A stretch of 64,000 bases of DNA, taken from contig CM120646.1 of NCBI GenBank assembly GCA_051362555.1, positions 5,642,001 to 5,706,000 of the forward strand, read 5' to 3'. The notes beneath the pieces were generated by a model. It saw nothing but the letters and a program-made list of their open reading frames with translations, did no database searches and was not told the origin of the DNA. The translations under genes were made by a program, and so were the position numbers. Positions 13,828 to 27,704 of this stretch are shown here, piece by piece; position 1 is the stretch's first letter, and each line of letters opens with the position of its first letter. Origin of the DNA: Lingula anatina. Its lineage: Eukaryota; Animalia; Brachiopoda.

Positions 13828-16800
13828 AATTTTTTTTTTTTTTTGGCTGTATGTCAATCCTAAGAATCATTCTTGTAACTTAACAAAATACAGAAAATGT
13901 TACCAAGTAAGAGTACAGGGCTCCTGGCAGATGGGAGTGATAAGTCACAACTTGAAAATGCCAGTATAGCACACTATAAACCTGCATTGCCTCCAAAACA
14001 GAAAACAATCACACTGGTTTTCAAACACAAGCTGCGCACTTCTGTCTTATGAAACTTTTCAAGTTTCAGTATCGTAAGTAACATGGTTTTCCCTTAATCG
14101 CTATCCTGGCAGCAGTGTCCAAAAAAGGGTTTTCTTCAACTTTCATGCAATAAAACATAATTCTTAACAGCATAATGACCATCAAATTTTTTATAAAAAA
14201 AATAAAAGTATCATGAATATTCAGAAAATGTGATTTGGGAAGGTCTTCAAGGCCATGGAAGTTCAGAGTCACACTTTCAAAATGCCAAAATGTAAACAAG
14301 AGATAACTGTACTGAAATGATTTTCTTTCCATTTTCAACACCTTTTTTAAAACAAAATGATCAATAAACTGTCATTTTTAAATGTTCAACTAGGAAAATT
14401 GTTGACATAGGAAAAATATCAATAGAACAATTTTCAATGTCCAATTTGCTCCATTTGCAGATGCTGAACATAGTGAATGATTAAATCTGACAAACTGCAA
14501 TGATGAGTTCCTTTCCATTTATGATACTTTATTACACAATGCACAATATTATAACAGGTTTACCGTCATTTTTATATAATCAACAAACAATATTGTTAAG
14601 AAGCAGAAAATGTCAAAACAACACTTTTACATATCTTATTAGTTCCATAATGAGACTGTTAACATGCCTAAGAATTAAATCTGAAGAAATAACAATTATA
14701 TACAAAAATACAGAAAATGCACAGCACTTCTGGTGGATGGGAGTATAAAATCACATCTTGAAGATGCTAGTGTTTGAAAAATAATTTTAAAAAAATTTTA
14801 AATAAAACGTAAAAAATTCCAATAAAGCTGCTATTCAAACTTTTAATCTAGCTGTATTAACTTGATATTAATAACCCCACCAAGTTTGAGAAAAATAAAG
14901 CACTGTTATGCATCTATAGCATGTTGGCATAACACATTCTTTTTGTTGTAAATTATTTGCAATGTTAAACACCATTTATCTGCACAATTATCACCAAATC
15001 CTAATTTTGTGACACAGTTAAGAGAGCTAAACCTATGGGACTTTACAGGGAAATCTCAAGGAGTGTTTTATGTAATCTCATTTAGTGGCCAATTGAAAAT
15101 TAATGAGTAGGCAAGTGACTTTATAGACCTTAATTTAATTAGTGATCACCCAAGGGACAATTTTAAAGACTGCTATCCATACAGTACCGTCATATAGCAC
15201 AAAGGTGTTGCATACATGCTGAAAAAAGTGAAAAAACAGCATTACTTCCCTAAAAATGACCCAATCATACTGATTTTCAAACTTGACCTGCGTATTATGA
15301 ATATTCATCAGTTCTGTAAGTTTGAAACCAAAAGGTAAAATGGATTTCCACTTATCGTGTTATCGGTGCTGCATATATGCTGAAGAAAGTGAAAAAACAG
15401 CATAACTACTCTAAAAATGACCCGATCATGCTGATTTTCGAACTTGACCTGCGTAATATGAATATTCATTAGTTCTGCAAGTTTCAAGCCAAAAGGTAAA
15501 ATGATTTTTCACTTATCATGTTATCAGTGTTGCATATATGGTGAAAAAAGTGAAAAACAGCATAACTTCCCTAAAAATGACCCGATCATGCTGATTTTCG
15601 AACTTGACCTGCGTATTATGAATATTCATCAGTTTTGTAAGTTTCAAGGGAAAAGGTAAAATGGTTTTCCACTTATCGTGTTATCGGTGCTGCATATATG
15701 CTGAAACAAGACAGCACTGTTCTGCAATGGGTTTACTTCCATTTTTAAAACACTTTATTAACATAAAACAAAATTTTTTAACATAAAACAAAATAAACAG
15801 TTTTCTACCATTTGTATATGATCAACTAAGAAAATTGATGAGATGGGAAAAATATCAATAGAACAGTGTTAAATGTCCAATTTCCTCCATTCTGAGATAA
15901 TGAATATAGTAGATGATTGAATCTGACAAACTGCAATGATATTTGTTTATTTCCATTTTTGACACTTTATAACATAATACACAATAACAAGTTTACCATC
16001 ATTTTTACATAATCAACTAACAATGTTATTAAGATGCAGGAAATGTCAAACAAACACTTTTACGTATCTTATTAGTTCAATAATGAGACTGTTAACATGC
16101 CTAACAATTGAATCTGAGGAAATAAGAAAAAACAGCATAACTTCTAAAAGAATGGCCCGATCATGCTGATTTTGGAACTCAACCTGCGTTTTAGTTAGTT
16201 TGACTACTCCTGTGAGTATAATGACAATTGGCCTATCTGTTTTTCTTATATTGTGTTATTAGTGTTGCATATATGTTGAAAGAAGTGAAAAAACAGCATT
16301 ACTTCCCTAAAAATGACCCAATCACGCTGATTTTCGAACTTGACCTGCGTATTATAAATATTCATCAGATCTGTAAGTTTCAAGCCAAAAAGTGAAATAG
16401 TTTTCCACTTATCGTGTTATCGGTGCTGTATATATGCTGAAAAAAGTGAAAAAACAGCATAAATTCCCTATAAGTGACCCGATCATGCTGATTTTCGAAC
16501 TTGACCTGCGTATTATGAATATTCATCAGTTCTGTAAGTTTCAAGCCAAAAGGTAAAATGGTTTTCCACTTATCGTGTTATCGGTGCTGCATATATGCTG
16601 AAAAAAGTGAAAAAACAGCATAAATTCCCTAAAAGTGACCCGATCATGCTGATTTTCGAACTTGACCTGCGTATTATGAATATTCATCAGTTCTGTAAGT
16701 TTCAAGCCAAAAGAAAAAACAGTTTTCCACTTATCGTGTTATCGGTAAAAGTGCACGGCGACGGCGACGACAGACGCAGATGATGGCTATATGTACAGAC

Positions 16801-19800
16801 ACATCTGTGTCTGTACATAAAAATATTTCAACATGAAACCTTCTCATGGATCGGCGCCACCTATGTTTGTGTTACCTGGTATGTTGCCCACTTCCCCAGG
16901 ATGTATGAGGTGTATTGGAGGAAAACCATGGTGCCGGAGTTTTCTGTTCACTTCTTCCCATTCTTCATACTCTACCTGAAATCAGGAGATAACCGATCGA
17001 TGAAATATATACCCTAGACTCTAATGAATATTTACTACATTTTATATAAAAATCTGAGGTCCAGTGTCAGTTTTTTAGGACTGTTTTGACCCAGGTGGAC
17101 AATATTCTAGTACCTAAAATATATAAAAGTGTAGTCCAATCAAGTCTCACTTAATGTCATAACTAATATTTAAGTAAATTCTATTATAAAAGAATCAAGT
17201 TTGAGGTGCCACTCCTAATTCTGTGTCACCCAAAATTTTCCACTCGGGTGCACCATCATTGTTACTCAACCAATACCTTTAAAAATCTGCTCTAAGCAAC
17301 ACTTTTTGGGTGACAAAGTCAGGTTTCATATTTTTAGTAGTCTAAGAGATCATATGGAAAGATTAAAGTTTGTAAGTCCATGGGTATTTTCACAATATGC
17401 AGTCCAACATTTACCCTAAAATTCCTGGTGGTCCACACATAGATATGTGCTTGGTGAGATCTGGGGACTTCCTCCATTTAAACATGAAAACTTCACAGAT
17501 TTTTCTATATGATAAAGACTCCAACGGCTAGTTCAAATTAAGATTTCCTAATTTTGTGCAACAAAACACAGAAATTGTCATAAAATTACGACTGGCTACA
17601 AACTTCCAATTCACTTTCCTTTCAATGGAAATTCTTGGACGTTATTCCAAATTTCACAAATAGTAAACTCAATCCTGAGTCTGAAAAACTATTTTTTTAA
17701 ATCAGTGCAGTACTGTTCTGTAGCTATTGGCTACCACTGTGATGGAACTCTTCTCTTAAAAATGCATGTCAATAAAACACTGGCAAAAATGGTATGAAAG
17801 ACTGCAAATCAATTCCACGGTGTGATCACTGGCACAAGTCTGATTCACTGAACCAAGTTAAATAAAGCAGAGAAATCTTTTCTCTTCAAAGTGTAGTTTT
17901 TTGTTTCTTAAATTCATGTCACTTCACATAATGCACTGTGTCCTCAATACATCTAGATCTGTACCCAAATTTTAAATCTTGTATCTTAAAAATAACTGAG
18001 AGCCAGGAAATATGGAAGCACAAACTAGGCGTCTCAAAAAGGTTACCACGTCTCCTTACTAACTGCATTCTTCACGTCCACAAGAAGCATTAATATTCAT
18101 GTGAATGATATTTAATTAGGAATACCACTCCAACACATATCGAACACTTCTTCTGTAATCCTAATCACACACCCATAATATATCACCAAACAGATCACAT
18201 TCTTGTAACAGAGGACCAGATCAACATTGTTAGTGATAATCATTTGTGTTCACTTTCCTACAAAGCCCCAGATCAAACAGATTTTGGGAAATCCAGGGTG
18301 CTTTCATTCGTAAATACCCCTTGTTGTTAAAATCCGATACAAACACCACAGAGCTTGCATACTAGCGGCTGCATATAAATCATGCAATCAGAATCTAATT
18401 ATAGAAAACGTCTTGATAAAAAAATTAATAACTAGGAAAATAAAAATGACATAAAAGAGAATCTATAGATTTTAAAGATGAACATTCATCATCAAAATGC
18501 TTCAGGAAAACATATAATAACATTTTGATGATGAATAAAACATTATCCTATTTCTATTCTCGCATTTACATTCTAATCAAAGTTTGCACTGACCTTATCA
18601 CCTAAAATATATCTCAAATTACATTGGTTTTGAATCTAAATTCAACATTATTGATACTACAGTGGAACATATCATTTTTCAATATAAATTAAACATTTGC
18701 CTTGACAGGCGTTAAATAAATGGAGATTATTTCTTGAGCCTGTTAAAGAAAACTCGAAAATAACTAAACCGGTAGAAATAGCCAATGCCATATTGAATGA
18801 CATACTTATAAGTGCAGACAAAAACTAAGTTGGCAACATATAAGCTAGCCCCACATGAGGTTAAAATAAAATCTATCATAAAAGTTATAATAACAACAGG
18901 GTTTATAGCAACTGCTCACAACAGCCAACTGTGATATGTCTATACCGCTTTTTTTTTCAGTACACTGTTAACCACTGTTGAATCATCAATCTGATATTTA
19001 ACAAAAGGATTTTCTCTGTAGTGAGAATATTCCACCTGCAAGGTCCCTTTGTCATATTGAAGCAAATATACAGAATCAACAACTTGCGGAAGATGGTCTT
19101 CAAAAGCTATTTTAAATACACTGCTTTTATCATGTTTCTGCTGGAAAACTTGTTTTTATAAAAGTGCATTGATTACTAGTACTTTTTAGGTGCAGGTGTT
19201 ATTCCAAAAATAATAATAGCAATTGACTTACCTATGTTTTCCAAGTGATTCTAGACTGTACAATGGATCAATAAGGCAGTAAATCTCTTCAGCCAACAAG
19301 ATATTAATACAATACTCTTTATGGCCCATTCATTATATAATATATCTGGTCATTACGATATATTTAAGTATCTGCACATGTTCTGATCCCCTGTGTCTGT
19401 CCACATTGTCATTGTCACTGTTCAGCACAAGCTGATTCATTCTCAACTATCTGATTTTTTTATTGGAAATTTACTGAGATTCTCAGACCCACTTTGAACA
19501 TCATCCATTGGATTTTTAATGTCTGATCCATTTTTATCTTTATTTCTTTTTCATTTCTTTTTCACCTTATTATCACAATGTTTACTGTAACTCTTCTTAA
19601 TCTTATTACATTTTCAATTCACTGGAAAGTTTTGTTAGGTCAAACCAAGTGCAGGTCAAGTACTAATCTCAACATAATCAGGTTATTCTTGTAAAAATTA
19701 CATTTATATACGTTTTTGGTTTTCCCGCTTAAATTTTGAGGAATCATTTGTCCGTGAACTGCCATATTGTCTTTTCATCAAACTTGACATCTAAGGAAAA

Positions 19801-20998
19801 TTGAACAAAATTGAGACACAACTTGCTAAAAGTATCAGGTGTGTTGTTGAACACATTACTGCATCATTTACCCAATAACTATAATAAAACAATTTTAAAA
19901 TCTGCCTCCACAGCTTTTTTTAAGCATGTAACATCCATCTACAAGACTAACTGCTGCAATAACAATTTACCAGGGCTTTCATGACAACAAACATGTATTT
20001 GGACATGCACAATACAGATTACTAAAACTAACAGTCTCGGATACATGTGTGAAGTAATTTTTAAAGTCCTAAAATAATGATAATCAACATCTGTACTAGT
20101 ACATCTTTACATCAGTCAGTCATTTCAAAACTGGCATCTGTGTGTACTGGCCAGTGTTAGTTAGTGCCAAAATGCTTAAGGTGCATTTGCAATAATGAAA
20201 CAATTCCAACTCCATGAGGACTCTTGCTGAATGCAATGGGATGAGCTGAATGACACACCTCTTTGAGAAGCTAGAGATTGGTCAACTCTCGTGAGCATTC
20301 AACTGCACTCAAAACAAAGTGAAAAAGCATCCACAAGCTGAGAACACAAGAAAATTAATCAACCCCAAGCTGTTTCACCTGTATTTGTGAAGGGGGGAGC
20401 CTGTGTCTCAAAGCAAAACATATAACAAATTGCAAATTAGTACTGTAAGTGCAAAATAAATGGACACTATTAAGCTTATTTTCGTTTTGCTCTAGTAAAC
20501 TTACTAGTAGCACAACTGTGAAAGCTCAAATTCTGTGTCTGAAAACAATACTTAAACATTTTTACCTTGAAGTCCACACTTGGTGAGTCACTTGAGCCTA
20601 CGTCTTCAGAATACCCATCGGGCTCTTCATCGCGGCCCTTGAAAATTAAGAAAGAACGAGAGATAAGGACCCTTACAAGAAGCCGCTGTCACCTTGCTTT
20701 AGTTTTCTGCCTTACATGAAAAGTACTTCTCGCAGACAGCATGCAAGGCAGAAAATTTAGGCAAGCTGCACTGCCGGTGATATTGTCACTTGTTCTGCAT
20801 CAGTAAAAGCGTTCATCTTTTACGCAAGAAATTTCAACTATTTTGCGTTTTATGTATCAGAGTGTAAAAACATATCAATATCGTCAATGTTATACTCCTA
20901 CAGTTTCATTCTAAAGCAATGGAAAATTATAAGTGCAATAGAAAAACGAGTTTATGTACCTTGTTTTGATACCGCCGTTTTGAACTGGGCGCCGCCAT
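8925..20998 (-). CDS. CEP70: Centrosomal protein of 70 kDa-like, 5' part (11 exons; the rest lies beyond the left edge)
   Basis: GT-AG exons in consistent phase: 20998-20960, 20637-20566, 16975-16876, 12839-12716, 12212-12116, 11557-11384, 10937-10852, 10614-10546, 10370-10215, 9893-9816, 9036-8925. The peptide includes EYEEWEEVNRKLRHHGFPPI, RQELVQDLILTNNQLK, LLDVIDAYE, DATGNYKALIQAYEKQLRESKKK and ELDARPDIKDYRAAQQRIKKLEK, matching my recollection of the CEP70 N-terminal coiled-coil. No stop codon is reached in the window. Confidence 0.85.
9052..9207. repeat. 77-bp tandem duplication (2 copies) in a CEP70 intron
   Basis: aacaaagtacatatagtaatcatttcaaatctgaatgaaag...cttgtaacatat at 9052 and 9129. 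Confidence 0.9.
9894..10018. repeat. ~62-bp tandem duplication that includes the acceptor region of CEP70 exon 9893-9816
   Basis: cttga...aaaatgttacactctc...atccatttcccacagtctcaaataccat is present twice, starting at 9894 and 9956. Confidence 0.85.
12470..12752. repeat. 39-bp tandem repeat made of a CEP70 exon end plus its splice donor (~7 progressively decayed copies)
   Basis: Unit on - strand: ccaagatctcatactcaccaataaccagctcaa|gtaagt. The first copy overlaps the coding exon (QDLILTNNQLK). Confidence 0.9.
13285..16824 (+). mobile_element. Non-autonomous Helentron-like (HINE/pearl-type) element with 161-bp internal tandem repeats
   Basis: 5' aacaag plus short hairpin gcagc-aaa-gctgt; subterminal inverted repeat atgtacagaca (13307-13317) / tgtctgtacat (16808-16818); 161-bp core repeats at ~15205-15705 and ~16125-16747; gacggc/gac microsatellite at ~16755-16780; perfect 14-bp stem-loop at 16790-16819 followed by an A-run. 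Confidence 0.72.
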
Positions 20999-21038
20999 GA
21001 TGGGCTCATAGAAAACAAGGCGTTCCGATTTACTAGTG

Positions 21039-21046
21039 TGACGTCA
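21039..21046. promoter_or_regulatory. Palindromic CRE site (TGACGTCA) in the CpG-richer CEP70 promoter region
   Basis: Exact TGACGTCA 40 bp upstream of the CEP70 ATG (20998); function is inferred from position only. Confidence 0.45.
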
Positions 21047-22035
21047 TTTGATTTGGGGGGGGGGGGGGGGGGGGGGGGAATTCCACCAGTCAGACCTACA
21101 TATATGTTTGCTGGGAAACCTGAATCCCAGTCTGGATTATTATTTTATTTCTTTAAATCTCATAAATCAAAACATTTATTGATTTTGTTTCCTATGTAGA
21201 TCTACTGCCAATGTTTTGGCTGCATGATTCCATTTATTGAAACTTTTAATTGGTCTGCTGGTCTTTACAAACTGCTGCATGTAGACGATCGAGGATTAAT
21301 TAAAATGTTTTACACCATGGAAGTTTATCTAATTTTCAAAAAGTACCAGAAACAATATTATATCCACTGCTGACTCATTACTCCGATTAAAGGGTATCAA
21401 GACATCAAGATGATGGAGGTGGAGGGGGGGGGGGGGGGGAAATAAAACAAAGAAACAAAGATTATGATTTTTTTCTCGTTTCCCATAAAGAATATCGATT
21501 TAATTTATTTAAAGATGTGGCGGTTTTATTTTCTTGAGAAAAGTACCAAAAATGATATTGTTTTGAATAAACGTTTTGATTTAATAGAGGGCGAACGGTG
21601 CCATTTGGTACGGTTTAGAACTAAGGTTCAGCTAGTAAAAATTCTGATTGCAAGAGGGGGACCATTGGTGTGATTTTTTCAGAAATTGAATAGGGGGGGA
21701 TGGGGTCAAGACCCCTAATATTTGTGAAATCAAACATGATTTTTTAAAAGATAAACTCAAATGGCACTAAATAGATTTTTTATTAATGTTAACAAATAAT
21801 GAATTATTGTTTTAAAAGTAACTACAAAAGTTTCAACCTTGAAGGTACACTCCATGGGTTTGAAAATCCCCCAAACGCCATCCACAGCAGTGGCGGATTT
21901 AGAGGGGTGTCGGGGGGGGGGTCTTGACAAGTGTTTAAGAGAACGTTATTCTAACGTTCTACACTTCCACTGTCATTGATCATTGATCCGAGGAACGTTG
22001 CTATTAAAGTATATAAATTTTGATGAAATTTATAC

Positions 22036-22317
22036 AAACTAGAAAAGTACTCAGAGAGCGCAGACCTCCGCCAAGGCAGCAAAGTCTCCATCCAATACCG
22101 TTTCACCCCTAAATTTTCGATATTTTTTATTATTGATTGATTATTTATCCGGATCACCACCAAAAACTAATCATCTGTTCCTTGGCCCAGTTCTGACAGT
22201 TCCTGAAAATTTCATCAAAATGGGTCTATAGCTTGTTATGTTGATGACAGACAGACAGACAAACAAACAAACAGACAAACAGGGGTGAAAACATAACCTC
22301 CTTGGCGGAGGTAATTA
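22036..22317 (+). mobile_element. Short HINE/Helentron-like non-autonomous element
   Basis: 5' aaactag; subterminal IR acctccgccaagg (22064-22076) / ccttggcggaggt (22300-22312); (gaca/aaca)n microsatellite; 3' hairpin acctcc-ttggc-ggaggt. Confidence 0.8.
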
Positions 22318-22909
22318 TACATTTTTGTTAATTTTGGCAAAAACACACGAACAAAGGATTTCATATTTTGCATCACTACAATTTGCACAATTTTAGTCAT
22401 CACATCTGGTATTAAAACGTTCTAACACTGTTATAAAAATAAAAAAAAAGATATGTGTCGGTTATATTTACCAATATAGCAAGCAGCAGTCGCGCCATAC
22501 GCTATCGGTATAAGGTTGGGCTTCAAGCCTGCGTCATACGCTGTTTTAACTACATCTAGTGGCTGATTATAAATTGGGGTTGGGGTTAGTCAGCGACTAG
22601 AGCGAACCCTCGGGCAGTCGGTATCTACCCGAAATTACCGACATGATGAAATGCTTTAAAAACCTAAAAAAAAAAAAATAGACTTAATTATGTAATAAGG
22701 TTTATCAAAATTATTAAGGTGTTTTCAAGTAATTCTGATAGGTAATTGGATAGTTTTAACTTCATTTTTGAAAATTCATTCTAATAAATTGCTTACAAGG
22801 TCAGCTAACACAGGAGTAGTGAAAAGGTTTAGCACTGAAAACTTGACAGAAGCAGGTAAGGTGGAATAGCACGCCTCGGTCTTCTGATAGACAAATTAGG
22901 GAGTCCATT

Positions 22910-23395
22910 CAATTAGAGGGGTTTAGTGGATGTCAGGTGGGGCGATTCCATTGCATAAAAAGGGTGACAGGTGGGGCAGGTCCATTGCATTAGAAGGGGT
23001 GCCAGGTGGGGCAAGTCCATTGCATAAAAGGGGTGACAGGTGGGGCAGGTCCATTGCATTAGAAGGGGTGGCAGGTGGGGCAGGTCCATTGCATAAAAGG
23101 GGTGACAGGTGGGGCGAATCCATTGCATTAGAAGGGGTAGCAGGTGGGGCAGGTCCATTGCATTAGAGGGGTGACAAGTGTGGCGAGTCCATTGGATTAG
23201 AGGGGTGACAGGTGGGGGCGACTCCATTGCGTTAGGAGGGTGCCAGGCGGGGCGAGTCAACTGCATTAAAGGGGTGACAGGTGGGGCAGGTACATTTCAT
23301 TAGAAGGGACGTCAGGTACGGCAAGTCCATTGTATTAGAAGGATGACAGGCGGTTGAGTCCATTGCATAAGAAGGGTTGACAGGTGGGGCGAGCC
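22910..23395. repeat. G-rich minisatellite with alternating 34/35-bp units (~14 copies)
   Basis: Unit caggtggggcaggtccattgcattagaaggggtg(a/g), starting at 22934, 22968, 23003, 23037, 23072, 23106, 23141 and degenerating rightwards. Confidence 0.93.
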
Positions 23396-25451
23396 TTGTA
23401 TTAATCCGAATTTGGTTCAGAGAACAGAAACTGAAGAAATTATTTTGTTTTACTCCCAGAAATCAAATTTTTGGCCAGTTTCTGCCGTATCCATTTTAAA
23501 GACCAACTTGCTTTAAGCTTACATCATAATCATCCCACCTTTTCATTATTACGTTAAAATGTCAAATAAAGTATTTAAACTAAGAATAGGCCGCCAAGTT
23601 AAAACAATTCACGATAGCAAAAGCCAAAACCCATCAAAATGGGACCTCCTTATATAAGAAAATTTAGGAAAAATTATATCAAAACGAATTAGTTGCATAT
23701 GCTATAGAACAAAAATCTCATGTGAATTTTTTAAAAACCAGGATTGTAAATTTATATAAATTTGAACTATAACATGTAGGTTGTTGGAAACCATTTTAGA
23801 TATTTTATTTCAGTGCGCTAATACAGCTTGGAGGGTTTATTTAGAAAATTCTGGTCATTTTACAACTATTTAAAATTTATGTACCACAAAAATCTGTCAA
23901 CCACAAAAAACATTGACATTATTTACAGGTCAGATTGAATTTGAAAGTCCTCAAACACTAAAAATAACTCATTTTCCATTATGATTACAACTATTCTTGT
24001 CATAATAATTTCATAACAACGTGAAAAATAAAACGCCAAATTACAAAAGTTTTTTTTTTTATTAAGTTTTCATATAATAGATGTCCGAAGGAGCGTGGGT
24101 TCCTGTGTGTGAAACAAAGGCTAGATTTCATATGTTGCTTTCAGGCAGATGATGTGCAGAATATCGTTGAGCTCCTGAAAAGATAAAATAATGTTTAGAA
24201 CTTTGAACTAAACAGACAGGCTCTCTACATTCTAATAATACACGTAATATTACAGGGCAGAGGGCACGTATAAATGGAATTTATTAACTAGTCTGATGTT
24301 CAGTTTCAGCTAGCGCAAAACCAAAATTATGATCTGGAATTAGTTAATGATATAACCAAATTGCAGGTTTGAGGCCTCTTGTTAAAAAAGGTAACATTGA
24401 TAGCACAACCCTTTTCATTTGCAGGGTGGGTGAGGTTATTGCTATGACCGTTAATATATTCCTCTTGATATCAAAAGTTATAACTCGTGCTGTAGTACAT
24501 GTTGATGCATTTCAGAGAAAGAGATCATTTACTAATTCTCTTCGAAAATTATAACAAATATATTGCACATATATAATAAGTTTCCATACAGTGAACCGTG
24601 TAATGGATGGACAACACACGGCACAATGGAGACGACAGGCTATAGTGATACTCACATACATTTGCTTCCAGTGGCCATACCTTATAAAAGCTCAATCTTC
24701 CGACTTCACCACACATACTGTTGCGTCTACACCCAACTCTGTCAAACTGCCAAGTGAGCATTCGGGAAGACAGCTCGCACTACGATGGACAACTTGTTCT
24801 TATGCAAATAACAACTGCAGGTATAGCTCATTTTAGGTGAGACGTCGAGAGGTCATTTAAGGTGAGAAACTGTTCACGAATGTTCAAACCCGGTGGTAAT
24901 ACCTTCATATGCTCAAAGTCGTGCAAATATTCGATGTCACATACAATACTCTACAAGGCCAAAAATGTCTAACTGGGCCTACTACACATGTAGCCCAGGT
25001 GTAACAGGAATTGGTGTGATATATTTTTCGGAAACCAAAGGGGGGTCCTGACCCCTCCCCCCCCCTCCTCTAAGTTCGCCACTGCACCCCGCCATGCAGT
25101 TACATGATATGTTTCCTCCTCTGCCCAAATTCGCTTTTAATACTCTGCAAAGCTAGACTTTTAAGTTAAAACACATACGGAGACAATTCTTTATACGTTG
25201 CTGCACCTTCACTGCGCAGTACGGCCCCTCCGAACCCCTTTTAAAAGGGGAATTAAAAGCATATATACCAGTATTCAAAATTATGTAACCGATTGAATTT
25301 TTGATGGATTTGATTAAATAACGGACTGTTTATTCTACATTATTTGAAAAGATGTTTCATCAATTTTTTTTCCTTTTTTAAAAAAATTACTTATATATCT
25401 GTATGTATATTGTAAAATCTATTGAACATAACTGGATTTCAGATATATTAT

Positions 25452-25982
25452 TATAACATCCACCAAAAAGGTTGCATCCGTTTATCTCTGTTTGCCTGTT
25501 TGTAAAATTGACGAAAAAATTTGTGGACCGATTTTGATGAATTATTTTGGAAACTGTCAGGAGTGGACTAAGTAAGAAAAGATTAGATTCCATTTCTTAA
25601 TTAATAGTTAACTTTTTGTCTGCCCACAACATTATGCAGAAATGTGTGGATTTTGATGATATTTTCGGAAACTGTCGGGAGGGGAGCAAGTAACAAACTT
25701 GGATTTTGGTGACGATTCATATCATTGTTCAGTTACGAAGTTAATCAATAAAGTCTGTTTGTGTAAACATTTTGTTGAAATTTTCAGCACAGGGACAAAA
25801 TGGGGTAGAATTTGGTGGTGATTAATTGATTAGCTCACTATTTTGATTAGTTTATGATTGTTTTATTAATCAATTATTCATACATGAGAACTGAATTATT
25901 TACAATATTAATAAATAATCATTTATAATTATGAGAACTGAGTTGCTTTTGGTGAGATCTGCACTCTGTAAGTGCTCTTTTT
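25452..25982 (-). mobile_element. Degenerate reverse-strand relative of the 22036-22317 element
   Basis: ttttggtgagatctgcactctgtaagtgctcttt (~25948-25980) resembles the reverse complement of aaagtactcagagagcgcagacctccgccaagg; the internal blocks ttttgatgaaat...ggaaactgtcagga recur 2-3 times. Confidence 0.6.
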
Positions 25983-27704
25983 ATTTATTATTATCCTAGC
26001 AAACACATGTTACGCTAACAAATCGTAGCGCATGCACTTATTTACAAATGAGCAAAAGGCGTTTGTCTTTTTGGAGTGTCCAAAAATTGGCATCACTCTA
26101 CGCTGTTAGTGATCAGAGATGAGTCTGCCATGTAGTGAAAAAGGTCAGAAAATATGCAGGGGGGTCCAGGGGGCGGCCTAAATCAATGATATTTTTGACT
26201 CCCAAAAAGTTGGAAGTCCGCAGATAGTCGGAGAAATCTCATCCCTGACAATTCAAGCGCCACTGCAACAATAATGAAGCCCAGCTCAAACTTAAAAACA
26301 AAATGCAATCAAACAAACATAATGGAGATTTTATGAGTAATTTTACTTATGAGCAAAAAGACAACTTTTTCTCTGATTTACAAATATTTATTCTTGTTTA
26401 TTCATATCAAATATTCAGCGCTATATGTAATACTGCTTGAATGTACAGCCCTCTCTCTCTCACCCAGTTCATTGCCGTGAACTCGTGCCATTAAAACCAT
26501 GCTTATCATGTGCCCGTCTCCATAAGAGAACCTCAATTTTATTAAATCATATATTTGGCATGTCTTCTACTGTTTTTGTTTATTTAGTGAAGCCCCTACC
26601 TACATACTGGCAACCCTACTGTAGGACTGGAAAATTCTTTGATATCAGGAAACCTTCTAAATTCTAATCTTTAAATGTCATGGCTAATAAAATAATTTTT
26701 TACTAATTCACCTTTTTAAAACAAATATTTGAGCTTTAAACAGTAAATGTGCGCTATACATAAAGCAATTATTTGGACGTAAAAATTTCACATGTATGGA
26801 AGATTTGAAGTTGTTTACTTTTTTCTTCAGAAAAATGAATTATATGTTTATCAATGAAATCAATACAATTCTAATTGAAATAAATCAAAGGAAAAAGTCT
26901 ACCATTAAAATTTAAGACCTCTTCCACATATCAACCCGCAAAAATGCTAGAAATATGGTTGATTCTACTTCAAAAATTATCATAATAATACAACTGTGAA
27001 GCTTAAATAAATATACCTGCTTCAATGAAAATGACATTAGACATTTCATTGTTATTTTCAAAAGCTGTAGAATATAATTGATGACCCTAACTGCCAAGTA
27101 CACTTAATCATATATATATATATAAAGATTTATAAAGATTCTCCATCAAGGAGTTTCATCCTGTTATTTTTAATATTTTTACAGTCTTTTATATTCTGAG
27201 GCAGTACAATGCTATTCTTTCTATATTTTCAACACTTAGCTTTATCTTGACCTCCATACTATCTGCTGAACACACACTTGGTAATTTATCTGACAGTCAT
27301 AATCATCACACAGAGTTATATAATATGTATTTAAGCACATCTGTCAAATCTGCACTGAAAATCATTGCATATTTTGTTCAAAAAATAAAGTAAAAACAGG
27401 AACCCTGTCAAATCGGGCAGATGTGCACTTCAATATAATGCATACAAAATCCTTGTCAGACTATTCCTTTTGAGCTTTGGTTGCTGTAGGCTTGAAATAC
27501 CACACAATTCAATCCAATTCAAATGCACATTGAATTCAACACATAATATTTTCCATCACAATTTTATGAGACCAGTATTTGTCCATAGTAAGTAACTTTT
27601 GTCAGTCTTGAACCTGAAAACCTATGGGAGTTCTGGTTTTACACACTATCTTATTGCAACAATTTGACTTCAATTACATATAATATTCAGACATACTAAG
27701 GCGG

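Noticed and set aside
17000-20500. Possible decayed gene or transposon in CEP70 intron 2 (acceptor-like ttag|ATG near 19790 on - strand)
   Set aside because: Frames close quickly and I recognised no domain or termini; a translated database search would be needed
22913-23266. Pro/Cys/His-rich ORFs of 66-117 aa
   Set aside because: These are translations of the 69-bp dimeric minisatellite
24050-24180. Exon-like segment on - strand (tttcag|GAGCTCAAC...) followed by an A-run
   Set aside because: No recognisable protein in any frame and no linkable upstream exon; splicing it to SLC25A40 would truncate the carrier
21888-25084. Possible 3.2-kb element bounded by cagtggcggatttagagg / cctctaagttcgccactg
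   Set aside because: Flanks match only 3 of 5 bases (cacag versus caccc), and such GC-rich MITE half-ends occur elsewhere (e.g. ~52206), so they may be independent fragments
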